Source: Eledone cirrhosa (lineage: Eukaryota). From it: a stretch of DNA of 64,000 nt. The notes below the pieces were generated by a model. The model saw only the letters and a list, made by a program, of their open reading frames with translations, was not told the origin of the DNA and did not search any database. Numbering within the stretch: position 1 is the first letter of the stretch; the number at the start of each line of letters is the position of its first letter. Both the position numbers and the translations under genes were made by a program. Shown here piece by piece: positions 52,598 to 64,000 of the stretch. The DNA is taken from positions 32,984,001 through 33,048,000 of the forward strand of contig OZ024748.1 of the NCBI GenBank assembly GCA_964016885.1, in the 5' to 3' direction.

Positions 52598-52711
52598 CGC
52601 TTACAGCACCTAGGGTTCCCAAGCGGTCACCAATCTAAGTAATAACTAGGCTCGACGTTGCTTAACTTCGGTGATCAGACAAGAACTGGTGTTTTCAGCG
52701 TAATATGGCCG
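52598..52711 (-). pseudogene. 5S rRNA pseudogene (lacks the first ~5 nt)
   Basis: cggccatattacgctgaaaacacc...gatcaccgaagttaagcaacgtcgagcc...gtgaccgcttgggaa...gtgctgtaagc followed by a T run; several substitutions. Confidence 0.88.
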
Positions 52712-52803
52712 ATATATATATATATAACGAAGGAAATGTGGTAAGGAAACAGGTGGACCATAACGCACCAAAGTACTCAATACTTAGGGTAGTAGAGTGG
52801 GTA

Positions 52804-52920
52804 ATAGGAACAAGTAGGACCCCGACGGCTAAGCTCAAGCCGCTTCGATGGCTAATTCTGGTCCAGAATTAGCCGTCGAAACGGCTTGAGCTCAGCCGTC
52901 GGGGTCCTACTCGTTCCTAT
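52804..52920. repeat. 117-bp palindrome built from the 3' half of a hammerhead
   Basis: Centre 52862; right arm GAAAC-ggct-tgagctc-agcc-GTC-ggggtcc. Confidence 0.85.
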
Positions 52921-52926
52921 ATATAT

Positions 52927-53040
52927 AAGTTTTAATATAGATGAGATTCTACAGGACTAGAACTGTTTCATTCTTTAGAAAACATCAGCTAAAGAATGAA
53001 ACAGTTCTAGTCCTGTAGAATCTCATCTATATTAAAACTT
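52927..53040. repeat. 52-bp inverted repeat of the 5531-family HHR 3' half
   Basis: Arms 52927-52978 and 52989-53040, 10-nt spacer. Confidence 0.88.
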
Positions 53041-53105
53041 TTATACTCTGCAATGTATTGAGTACCTTACTTACTGTGGTTACCTCCGATTCAACCTGGA
53101 ATAAC

Positions 53106-53361
<256 letters not shown>

Positions 53362-53395
53362 GATATTAAATAAATGGAAACTATACTTATAAAAC

Positions 53396-53474
53396 CATAT
53401 TTATTTCATTATATATATTTCAGGGATATCATATTAAAAATATGTTATGCCTTCTTCAGACAAAATACAATATA
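53396..53474 (-). ncRNA. Type I hammerhead ribozyme (inverted pLTR copy)
   Basis: Reverse complement of 56526-56604. Confidence 0.8.
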
Positions 53475-53850
53475 AACAGTCTTATAAATAGATAGATTCG
53501 ACATACCTTTCAACTTCGACTTCTATTTGAAAAGTTGATTTGGTAGTGAAAACATATTAGGGACAGTTATAAAAAGAAAGAAAGAAAAACGAAGAAAAAG
53601 AAGAAATGCATGCAACTAAATAGAGAGAGATAGATATAGAGAGATAGATAGAGAGAAGAAATTCATGTAAAGAAACAGAGAGAGATATATAGAGAGAGGA
53701 AAAAAACACAGAGGGAGATAGATAGAGAGAGAGAGAGAGAAGAGAGGAGAGAGAGAGAAAATATAGAGAGATAGATATAGATAGAGATAGAGAGAAAGAA
53801 ACTAGGTAATTGGGCACCAGTTGAATGACGTATCAATGATATATTTATTT

Positions 53851-55094
53851 CAGGTAACTGACCTTGTAGGCCTAATTATAATCAATTCGCTGCATAGGAA
53901 AATACCCGGTGCTACCGGAGGTTTATATAGAGATGACATGCTTTTACTTATTGAAAATAATAACTCTGAACTAAATAGAAAAATAAAACAAATTACACAA
54001 TTTTTTAATTACTTTAATCTAAAAATAGAAATTGAGAATAACCATAGAATAGTCAATTTCCTAGACGTAACATTAAATCTCAACACATGTCTTCACTATC
54101 CATTTCACAAGTTGAATGAAAACTTAAACTATGTCAGTTTTAACTCTAACCACCCCAGATCTGTTAAAAATACTATAGTGAACTCTGTTCAAAAACGTAT
54201 CTCTAGAATCTCTTCCAATAAAAAGATTTTCGACGAAAAAGCCCAGTATTACAATGAAGCGTTAGCTAGAGCAGGATATAGTGATAAAATTATGTACATA
54301 GATAATAATAGACAAACTAACCAAAATAACAACAATTTTAATTACGGCAACAACTTTAACAACTATAATAGAAAGCATTACAATAATTCCAAAAGCCAAA
54401 AAAGAAATAGAACTAGGAATATAATATGGTTTGCCCCCCCTTTCTCACTAAACATTAAAACCCACATCGCTAAACTATTTTTTAATGCTCTTGATAATCG
54501 CTTCCCTAGAACACATAGGTATCACTCAATTTTCAATAGACATACTATAAAATTAACTTACTCATCCACCAAAAATTTAGCACAAAATATTAATAGAATA
54601 AATAATAAGAATCTAAAACCTAGCCAAAATACCGATAATAGCATAAATAATATCCAAGTAAACAAATGTAACTGTAGAGATAGATCTAAATGTCCGTTAA
54701 ATAACAATTGCTTAGTTAAAAATATAATATACAACTGTAATGTTAAAACGGACTTAAATTCTTTTAACTATGTTGGTTCCACCTCGACAGAATTTAAACT
54801 TCGCTATAATAACCACAAGAATTCTTTCACAGATCCAAGCAAAAATCCTCAACATCACTATCAGGCCTACTCTGGCAACTTAGGCATGATAACGTTGGAT
54901 ATTCAACGGCTTGGAATATAGTCTCAAGAGGGATTCCTTTTAATTCATCCTCTGAGACATATGACCTCTGCGCGGAGGAGATATTCTTTATACTAAAATC
55001 TAAAAATTCCCTTAATTTACGGACAAATTTATTCAGTTGCTGCAGACATAGATTGAACTCAACTTTTAAATATAAATATAAATTTAAAATGTAG
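53851..55094 (+). pseudogene. PLE RT (from motif B/C) + GIY-YIG, frameshift near 54845
   Basis: GGLYRDD, NFLDVTL, SNHPRS, CNCRDRSKCPL, IIY...YVGST...RYNNHK. Confidence 0.92.
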
Positions 55095-56173
55095 TATATT
55101 TAATTTGATTTATAATTATTTATGAAACTCGCCGATAAATCTTTCGATTCCTTTTTATTTTAAACATTCTTCATGAATAATTAAACTACCCTAAAAGCTG
55201 ATGCTCCAAATATATCGAATAAATTTTACACTAGATAAACTTCTATATTAAATATAAGACCATCTGTAGATCAAATGGGTATCCTAAACTTTTGGAATGT
55301 TTTCTGCTAGACAGGATTTGGTAAATAATTTTTGGTTTTGTTTGCTTTTGATTCTGATGCTTATAACGAACTTGGCATTATATTGTCAATTAACTTTGAA
55401 GGGTTGATCTCTGTGGTTGATTTGCGGGGCATACTATGTTTTATTTTTATTTTAATATTTTTAATATTTTTAATATTTTTATTTTTAATATTTTTTTGAT
55501 TTTTTGTTTTTTATTTACTTTTTTTTATTTTTTTATTTACTTTTTGTTTCTGATATTTTTATTGATATATTGATATCTGTTCTCTATTTATGCTTGAACG
55601 ATAATCATGTAGAGTAAAGACATGAATAGTATTGTTAAAATTAATGTAGACTCTATATATATTTGTGTGTATGTACACATATATGTATACTTAAATTTTT
55701 ATAGCACAATGAGAATGTTTTCGTGTGAAATATGAATTTGCAGAGCTGATCACGTAAATTCACATGGATGTATATAGTATAAAATCTGGGATAACCTTCT
55801 ATTTTATCTCAACTCTAATATAAACCTAGGAATTTTAAACTAGACATATGATCATTATTTTTCACACATTATTGATACGTGTCTCATTCATGAATACTGA
55901 TATTTACATTATAATGCCTGTTTTATACGAATTGATATTTTTTACATTGATGAAACATAGTGTTTTAAATCTGCCTCGTTTTTGTCTGGATATTTTTCTT
56001 TTCTCTCTATGTAACGGCTGTTTTCTCTCTTAACCACATATATCTCTCTCTACATTAATACTAGAGCTAAATAAATAAATAAATAAATAAATATATCATT
56101 GATACGTCATTCAACTGGTGCCCAATTACCTAGTTTCTTTCTCTCTATCTCTATCTATATCTATCTCTCTATA

Positions 56174-56256
<83 letters not shown>

Positions 56257-56525
56257 CTTCTCTCTCTCTCTCTCTATCTATCTCCCTCTGTGTTTTTTTT
56301 CCTCTCTCTATATATCTCTCTCTGTTTCTTTACATGAATTTCTTCTCTCTATCTATCTCTCTATATCTATCTCTCTCTATTTAGTTGCATGCATTTCTTC
56401 TTTTTCTTCGTTTTTCTTTCTTTCTTTTTATAACTGTCCCTAATATGTTTTCACTACCAAATCAACTTTTCAAATAGAAGTCGAAGTTGAAAGGTATGTC
56501 GAATCTATCTATTTATAAGACTGTT

Positions 56526-56604
56526 TATATTGTATTTTGTCTGAAGAAGGCATAACATATTTTTAATATGATATCCCTGAAATATATATAATGAAATAAA
56601 TATG
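56526..56604 (+). ncRNA. Type I hammerhead ribozyme in PLE pLTR
   Basis: tattttgt-CTGAAGA-agg..catatt/aatatg..cct-GAAA-tatata-TA-atgaaata. Confidence 0.82.
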
Positions 56605-56725
56605 GTTTTATAAGTATAGTTTCCATTTATTTAATATCGTAAATATACTCCAAATACTTGTTGAGTGCTTTTATATCAGTTATAAATATTTACTCGTTGT
56701 TAACCCAACAATTTAAATAAAACTT

Positions 56726-56865
<140 letters not shown>

Positions 56866-56878
56866 TATATATATATAT

Positions 56879-56963
<85 letters not shown>

Positions 56964-56966
<3 letters not shown>

Positions 56967-57510
56967 GATTCTACAGGACTAGAACTCTTTCATTCTTTAG
57001 AAATCATCAGGAATCTGGGTATCAAAAAATAAGTATGGTATTTATAGGTCTCTTCAGGTGGTAGGAGAGGGTAGGGAGTTGGATGGGTGTAGGTCGTTGG
57101 TTGATAGAAAAGGGAATTCATTAAAAGCTAATTCTTCAAAGCTATAGTTTATTTTTATTTTTAGAGTAACAAAGGCAGAAAAAATTCTGTAAACAAGTTC
57201 AGGATGGGGTGCCACTCCTTATTTTTAAGTTTCTCTTAAGCTAACAGGTGTCTATAAGATTATTGGGGGTCAGTCATGGTTGATGGATTTAAAGAAAAGG
57301 GAGATTCTTTAAAAGCTAAATTCTTTAAGGTTCTACTAAGTGACAAAGGCCTAGAGAATTCTATAGACCAATTCAAAATATTGAGTGCATATCATACGAT
57401 TATCTTCAAATTTCTCTTAAACTATTCAACTATATGCCAAAAATCAACAGACACAATTACAAACACACTCACTCACACACTCATGCGCACCCACACACAC
57501 ACATATATAC
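56964..57510 (-). mobile_element. PLE 3' remnant with HHR (56966-57016, stem III mismatch)
   Basis: Homologous to about 5531-6070. Confidence 0.7.
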
Positions 57511-57519
57511 ATATATATT

Positions 57520-58208
57520 GGAGTGAAATTTTAGTAATTTAATTTTATAATTTTCTTATTTTACGTCTCTCATATTATTGTTCTGCATCCCCATGCATTG
57601 AACCACAAAGTTACTAAGACAAAACCTATATATTTGCTAGCATAGGTATGCATCTGTGTATATATATGTTACTAGATATACTAATTCTTTATAATTATCT
57701 CCAAATTATTTTGTCGAGCAAAAATTGGCCAAAACTGCTACTATTGTAACGGTCCGGCTGCTGTCTTCTTAACAAACAACTCTTCACTGATTGACCTCGA
57801 TGTCACGTGATTGATTCTTTTGAATTTGCCACCGACGCAGTAGGCAGTGATTTTTTCAATGGCTTGGAACTTAGTCCACGCTTTGCTTTTTTCCATCCAC
57901 TGAATTATTTTTGTATAAGTTCCCTGTGTCCACGTATTGCCTGGAAACTTAGCTGAGAATAGACTTCCCTGATGACGAAAGGCTTCTCCGTACGTTTCTT
58001 CGGAAACTATGTTTATTCCCTTTCAGAAACTAATTAGTTGGAGTGAAATTTTAGTAAGTTAATTTTATAATTTTCTTATTTTACGTCTCTCATATTATTG
58101 TTCTGCAACCCCATGCATTGAACCACAAAGTTACTAAGACAAAACGTATATATTTGCTAGCATAGGTATGCATCTGTGTATATATATGTTACTAGATATA
58201 CTAAATCT

Positions 58209-58215
<7 letters not shown>
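57520..58215 (+). mobile_element. Second retrozyme-like element: 520-bp unit plus 176-bp terminal repeat
   Basis: 57520-57695 is repeated at 58040-58215; HHR at the unit junction; (TA)n flanks. Confidence 0.7.
57963..58044 (+). ncRNA. Type I hammerhead with extended stem II
   Basis: acttcc-CTGATGA-c-gaaagg...(gtttc-TTCG-gaaac)...cctttc-a-GAAAC-taatta-GTT-ggagt. Confidence 0.75.
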
Positions 58216-58302
<87 letters not shown>

Positions 58303-58578
58303 CATATATACATATACACACACATATATATACACATACACATACATACATTCATTTTACATTCATTTAATTTATTAATTTATTATTTGTGTGACCCGAA
58401 TTTTCCTGGTCGTTTTTTCGGCTGTGCGAATGATTTTAAGCATTGTCTCTATGTGTTGGTATTTAAACGATAGTTATAGCTCTGGTTTACCCAAACTTTT
58501 GAGCCCTCTACCACACATTTCGAAGATTGTGTCTCGTGATTTCGTGGGCCGAGATTCCGATTCTCGATTATTTATTTG

Positions 58579-58635
<57 letters not shown>

Positions 58636-58769
58636 ATCAGAAGAAAGAAGAATACTGCGTGGTTTGCACATGGGTTACATATGATAAAAATAGTCCTTCG
58701 TCAGTGATTTTCCAACCATCATTGGTATATCATCGCATTAAAAATCAGATACCTCAGGTTGGTGCGAGC

Positions 58770-59034
58770 AATATATATATACATATACATGTATATATAC
58801 ACACATATATACACACATATATACGTACACACATACACACACACATATACATATATATATATATACACACACACACACATACATACATACACCTACATAT
58901 ACACATATACACACATACACACATATATACACATATACATGTACACATACATATATACACATACATTTATACACACATACAAATATATATATGTACACAC
59001 ATATATATACACACATATATATATATACACACAT

Positions 59035-59095
<61 letters not shown>

Positions 59096-59130
59096 TACAC
59101 ACATATATATACATACACATACACATACAG

Positions 59131-59207
<77 letters not shown>
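58770..59207. repeat. (CA)n/(TA)n microsatellite
   Basis: Directly visible. Confidence 0.95.
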
Positions 59208-59209
<2 letters not shown>

Positions 59210-59508
59210 AAAAAAACAAAAGGAATGAATTCACTTGTAGTGTTAACAAATTTTTGATTTAATTTTATCTTATAATATTATGAGTTGGTAGATCTAGTAA
59301 GTTCTTTGTTAACTTCGGTGGGAAGAATTTTAAAGATTCCTGGTTAACCTGGGATGGAGAACTTTCTCGCATTCATCTGTGGCGATTGTCAAACTGAGAT
59401 TTCATGCTAGCGTGGAAGATGGACATTAAACGATGATGATAATGTTGATGATATATATATATAGGGAAATTAGACAGTAGAAGTTGCATTGATAGACACA
59501 TTTTTCAA

Positions 59509-60177
59509 ATGCAGGCAGGTGCTATAGAAGTGGTGGATAGCTTCCGGTACCTAGGAGATCAGATTAGCATGGGAGGGGAGTGTTGTGAGGCCATAGTATC
59601 TAGAATAAAGACGGGTTGGAAGAAGATTAGCGAGCCGCTTCTTCTTCTGACGAAGAAGGGTTTCTCCCTGCGTACGAAAGGCCGGTTATATGATGCCTGT
59701 GTGAGGAACGCGATGCTGCATGGTAGTGAGCCATGGGCAGCAACTGCAGAGGATATGTGACGGCTGGAGAGAAATGAGGCAAGGATGCTCCATTGGATGT
59801 CCAATGTCAATGTGCGTGAATGACCCAGCATGGATGTGTTGAGAGAGAAACTGTGTCTGAGAAGAATAGAATTTAATGTACGAGAGAGGAGACTGCAGTG
59901 GTGTGGACATGTGATGCGCATGGAGGATAACCGATGGGTAAAGAAGTGCCAGGAAATGCCAGTTGAAGGAAGACGTTGTAGAGGTAGACTACGAAAAACA
60001 TGGGTGGAGGTGGTGAGAACAGACCTCAGATCGCTGAAGCTCACGGTGGAGATGACGAAGGACCGTGACAAGTGGAGAGATGCTGCGCTGAATAAGACCC
60101 GTCCCACCCTTGCAAGCAGGGAAAAGCAGACGTAAAATGATGATGATGAAAATGATGATGATGAAAATGATGATGAT
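59509..60177 (+). mobile_element. RTE-clade LINE 3' fragment
   Basis: EVVDSFRYLG, KGRLYDACVR..MLHGSE, RRLQWCGHVMRM, GRRCRGRLRKTW, DRDKW; (ATG)n tail. Confidence 0.88.
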
Positions 60178-60467
60178 ATACATATTTATAATGTACTAGC
60201 ATTAAAGCCCGGCGTTGCTCGGGGTCATTAAGTTACCAAAGTTAGGTTGCAGCACTTTTTTGTCTGCCAGGCACTGGGTGAATGAATTGCAGACCTGGAA
60301 GCATGAGCTGCGCCAGCAGTGACAATTGTAGTTTCGCCTATGGATATTATCTCTGTGCAAAAAAGTGTTGAAATTTATTGTTTCACAGTACTTGCGTAAC
60401 ACGCGAGTAGACGATGCCAGCCGAACAACAGAGCTGCGATGGAGTTGTTCTGCATGGTTGTCTGTGT

Positions 60468-61307
60468 GTTTTCTAAATTTAAGACAGTAGGGAGGGTTGT
60501 GATATGAGGGAGAGTTAGCTGTTGTTTCTAGCAGGTTTAGTGACCTCATAGAGGATATGTGTTTTCTAAATTTAAGACAGTAGGGAGTGGTGTGATATGA
60601 GGGAGAGTTAGCTGCTGTTTCTAGCAGGTTTAGTGACCTCATAGAGGATATGTGTTTTCTAAATTTAAGACAGTAGGGAGTGGTGTGATATGAGGGAGAG
60701 TTAGCTGCTGTTTCTAGCAGGCTTAGTGACCTCATAGAAGATATGTTTTCTAAATTTAAGACAGTAGAGAGGGAGTAGAGAGGGGTGTGATATGGGGGAG
60801 AGTTAGCTGCTGTTTCTAGCAGGTTTAGTGACCTCATAGAGGATATGTTTTCTAAATTTAAGACAGTAGGGAGGGGTGTGATATGAGGGAGAGTTAGCTG
60901 CTGTTTCTAGCAGGTTTAGTGACCTCATAGAAGATATGTTTTCTAAATTTAAGACAGTAGGGAGGGGTATGATATGGGGGAGAGTTAGCTGCTGTTTCTA
61001 GCAGGTTTAGTAACCTCATAGAGGATATGTGTTTTCTAAATTTAAGACAGTAGGGAGTGGTGTGATATGAGGGAGAGTTAGCTGCTGTTTCTAGCAGGTT
61101 TAGTAACCTCATAGAGGATATGTGTTTTCTAAATTTAAGACAGTAGGGAGTGGTGTGATATGAGGGAGAGTTAGCTGCTGTTTCTAGCAGGTTTAGTAAC
61201 CTCATAGAGGATATGTGTTTTCTAAATTTAAGACAGTAGGGAGTGGTGTGATATGAGGGAGAGTTAGCTGCTGTTTCTAGCAGGTTTAGTGACCTCATAG
61301 AGGATAT
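60468..61307. repeat. 93-bp tandem repeat, about 9 units
   Basis: gttttctaaatttaagacagtagggagtggtgtgatatgagggagagttagctgctgtttctagcaggtttagtgacctcatagaggatatgt. Confidence 0.95.
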
Positions 61308-61319
61308 TATTGTTTATCA

Positions 61320-62257
61320 TCTATATATATAAAACTGACTGCACGCGTAACGAAATTTACAGATTCATATATCTATATATATAAAACTGTGGTTGTCTGT
61401 CTGTCTATCGATTTTTGGCACACATCTCCTCTTACAATCTCTCACAGAATTGCACCGAAATTGCTATACTTGTACATTGAGCCCTAGCGAAGACATCGGA
61501 AAAAAAAAATTTCAAATTGACCCACCCTATGTGACGAAATCGAATATAATGTATCGATTTTTGAGCGTAAGTGATCAGTTATTTCCCTTTGTTCTGTTTA
61601 CATTGAGCGTCTTACGTAAAAAATTACGCTGGCTTTAACAGTTGTCGAGCCAGCAAAATATTGACCTGCAAAAATAATCAGTTCGAACACTAAGCTTCCG
61701 TTTTGCTTCATTTCCATTTAAAAGCATTTTAAAACAATATTTTTACTTGAAAACAAGTCTATTTAAAGACTACGTAAAACAAGCAAATATTTCGTCGTTA
61801 GGCGTGCAGACAGACAGTCGTGCAGACAGACAGTCGTGCAGACAGACAGTCGTGCAGAGAGGTGATATAGGCGTGCAGACAGACAGTCGTGCAGAGAGGT
61901 GATATAGGCGTGCAGACAGACAGTCGTGCAGAGAGGTGATATAGGCGTGCAGACAGACATAACTGATAATTTGGTTACGCTAATGTTTTTCTCTGCGTTG
62001 CAGTGTTTACATTTTCAATCTTTGTTAATAAATAACCAGTGCAGTTTCTATCCCCAGCATCCTCTTTTGTTATAACATTCGGGTTATCGTTATGTTTTCT
62101 TAACTTCATAAGGCATATTGTTGGTGGATTAATCAAAAACACCACATGCAAGTCTGCACAGTAGACACTACAGTTTTTAAGCCAAGAAAGAAACTTAACA
62201 TTGTAACTTTAACACAGCTACTGAGCGACCCCGAGCAACGCCGGGCTTTACTGCTAG
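61320..62257 (+). mobile_element. Non-autonomous Helitron (inner)
   Basis: A|TCTATATATATAAAACTG at 61320 and again at 61372; (gtct)n; internal 16/21-bp minisatellite 61803-61958; 3' hairpin + CTAG|T. Confidence 0.8.
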
Positions 62258-63099
62258 TTTTAAATAAACTTATATAATTTTTGCTTTTTTTTACGAAATA
62301 TTTGCTTGTTTTACGTAGTCTTTAAATAGACTTGTTTTCAAGTAAAATTATTGTGTTAATGTCATTTTAAACGCTGAGAAAGCCAGCGTAATTTTTTTAA
62401 TTTTTGCACGCAGACGCTCAATGTAAACAGAACAAAGGGAAATAACTGATCACTTACGCTCAAAAATCGATACATTATATTCGATTTCGTCAGATAGGGC
62501 GGGTCAATTTGAAATATTTTTTTTCCGATGTCTTCGCTAGGGCTCAATGTACAAGTATAGCAATTTCGGTGCAATTCCGTGAGAGATTCTAAGAGGAGAT
62601 GTGTGCCAAAAATCGATAGACAGACAGACAACCACAGTTTTATATATATAGATTTATATATACACATATAGCTTGCTATCGCGCTATATGAACCAAGAAG
62701 AGACAACACCAAAATGTGTGTTTTGTAGACAAGATATTTATTCAAAACTAATCTATTTTAGCAGTTAACTTTCAGGAGTTTCCCTTTTCTCTCTTTGCAT
62801 TATGGGAGTAACTGGTGCAGTAACACATTTGCTGAATATCTTCAATATCTCCACTTGCTTCAGTGGAGCTCACATGTATGTGTGACCATTGGTTTCCAGG
62901 TCCAGTTATGGCCACCACTGTTTAATGGGGAGGTACTTCAAAAACTGACCCTTCACTGGTCATGCTGACAAATATATTAAAAGGAAGTTCTTTCCTCCAA
63001 CAATTTTCACCCCAAACAGAGAAGAGTTTCATATTATCAAAAAGGGAGGTAAATCTTTAGTGGTGGAATTGTCAGGCTTAATTATATATGTAATTAGAC

Positions 63100-63730
63100 A
63101 CACATAGAAGTGGTTGATAGCTTTTACAATCCAGGTGACTTAATTAGCAGTGGAGAAGGCTGCCCTGAAAGATGAATAGCTAGAATAAGGATAGGATGGA
63201 AAAAGTTTAGAGAGCTACTGCAACAGTTGACCACAAAAGGTTTCTCTCTCTGTACAAAAGGATGACTGTATGACACATGTGGGCGATGCATGTTAACTAA
63301 ACAAGGTCTGTGACTGCAGAGGATATCTAGACTGGAGAGAAATGAAACAACCATGCTTTGTAGGATATGTTATGAAAGTGTGAGAGAAAGGCAGAGTTTG
63401 GACAAGTTCAAGAAGAAGCTGGGTTTAAGAGTGATCTGAAGTGGTGTGTAAGAAAAAAGACTGCGTTTGTACGACATGTGATGCACATGGATAATGACCA
63501 CTGGATGATGAAGTGCCAGGAAATCCCAGTAGAAGGAAGCCATAGTAGAGGCAGCCCAAGAAAGACCTGGACAGAGGGTGTGTGAACTGACTTCAAATCA
63601 CTGACTCTCACAGAGGAGATGACAAAGGAGCACGACAAGTGGAAAGATGCCATGTTGAGAAGGACCTGTCCAACCAAGCAAGCATGGAAAAACGGACATA
63701 AAAACAGTGATGATGTTGGTGAAGATGACG
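63100..63730 (+). mobile_element. Older RTE LINE 3' fragment
   Basis: Diverged homologue of 59509-60177. Confidence 0.8.
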
Positions 63731-64000
63731 TACATGTACACACATACATAATCAAACACAGATTTGCATATACTTATATACAAACATATACATGGACACA
63801 CATTTCTACACACATACATTCACATATATATAGTGTATGTCAATTCTGAACAATAGTTTTCTCAGCACAAGTCTTGGTTACAACTTCTACAAATAAAATG
63901 AAAGGAGAAGAATTTCTCAGTAAAACAGTTTTATTCGAAATATTAACATTGGTGGCACTATTTTGGGTGAGTGATATGGTTTTTATCTTGTCTAATTGTG

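Larger units (their letters stand above)
60196..62652 (-). mobile_element. Helitron-like element (outer), TC...CTAG
   Basis: 5' TCTATATATATAAAACTG at 62652; 3' hairpin gaccccgagcaacgccggg + CTAG at 60196-60226. That both ends belong to one element is an inference. Confidence 0.55.

Noticed and set aside
58636-58715. Minus-strand CTGACGA-aggac as a hammerhead
   Set aside because: No matching gtcc-GAAA or stem III found downstream.
62690-63095. Possible host exon
   Set aside because: No convincing ORF, splice pattern or recognisable protein motif.

Overview
This is AT-rich eukaryotic (animal) non-genic DNA made almost entirely of transposable elements and (TA)n/(CA)n/(GA)n microsatellites. 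The SINE/MITE repertoire resembles what I recall from octopod cephalopods (inference, not verified). No host gene is identifiable, and most listed ORFs are microsatellite or satellite artefacts. Contents: (i) Penelope-like retroelements (PLE; RT + GIY-YIG, CxCx5C linker, inserted in (TA)n, inverted 5' pLTR copies); (ii) about 18 type I hammerhead ribozyme (HHR) motifs, intact or decayed; (iii) at least two non-coding HHR-bearing tandem repeat families (472/381-bp and 520-bp units) that look like PLE-mobilised retrozymes, which is the best candidate for a new system; (iv) four copies of a Tx1/L1-clade LINE, all at the same nucleotide register of a 72-bp satellite inside a complex duplicated/inverted block (about 18-45 kb); (v) a full-length CsRn1-like Gypsy LTR element; (vi) DD37D mariner, pogo-, hAT- and TTAA-type MITEs, Helitrons, two SINE families, RTE fragments and a 5S rRNA pseudogene. 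All coordinates and pairings were read by eye and may be off by a few bases.
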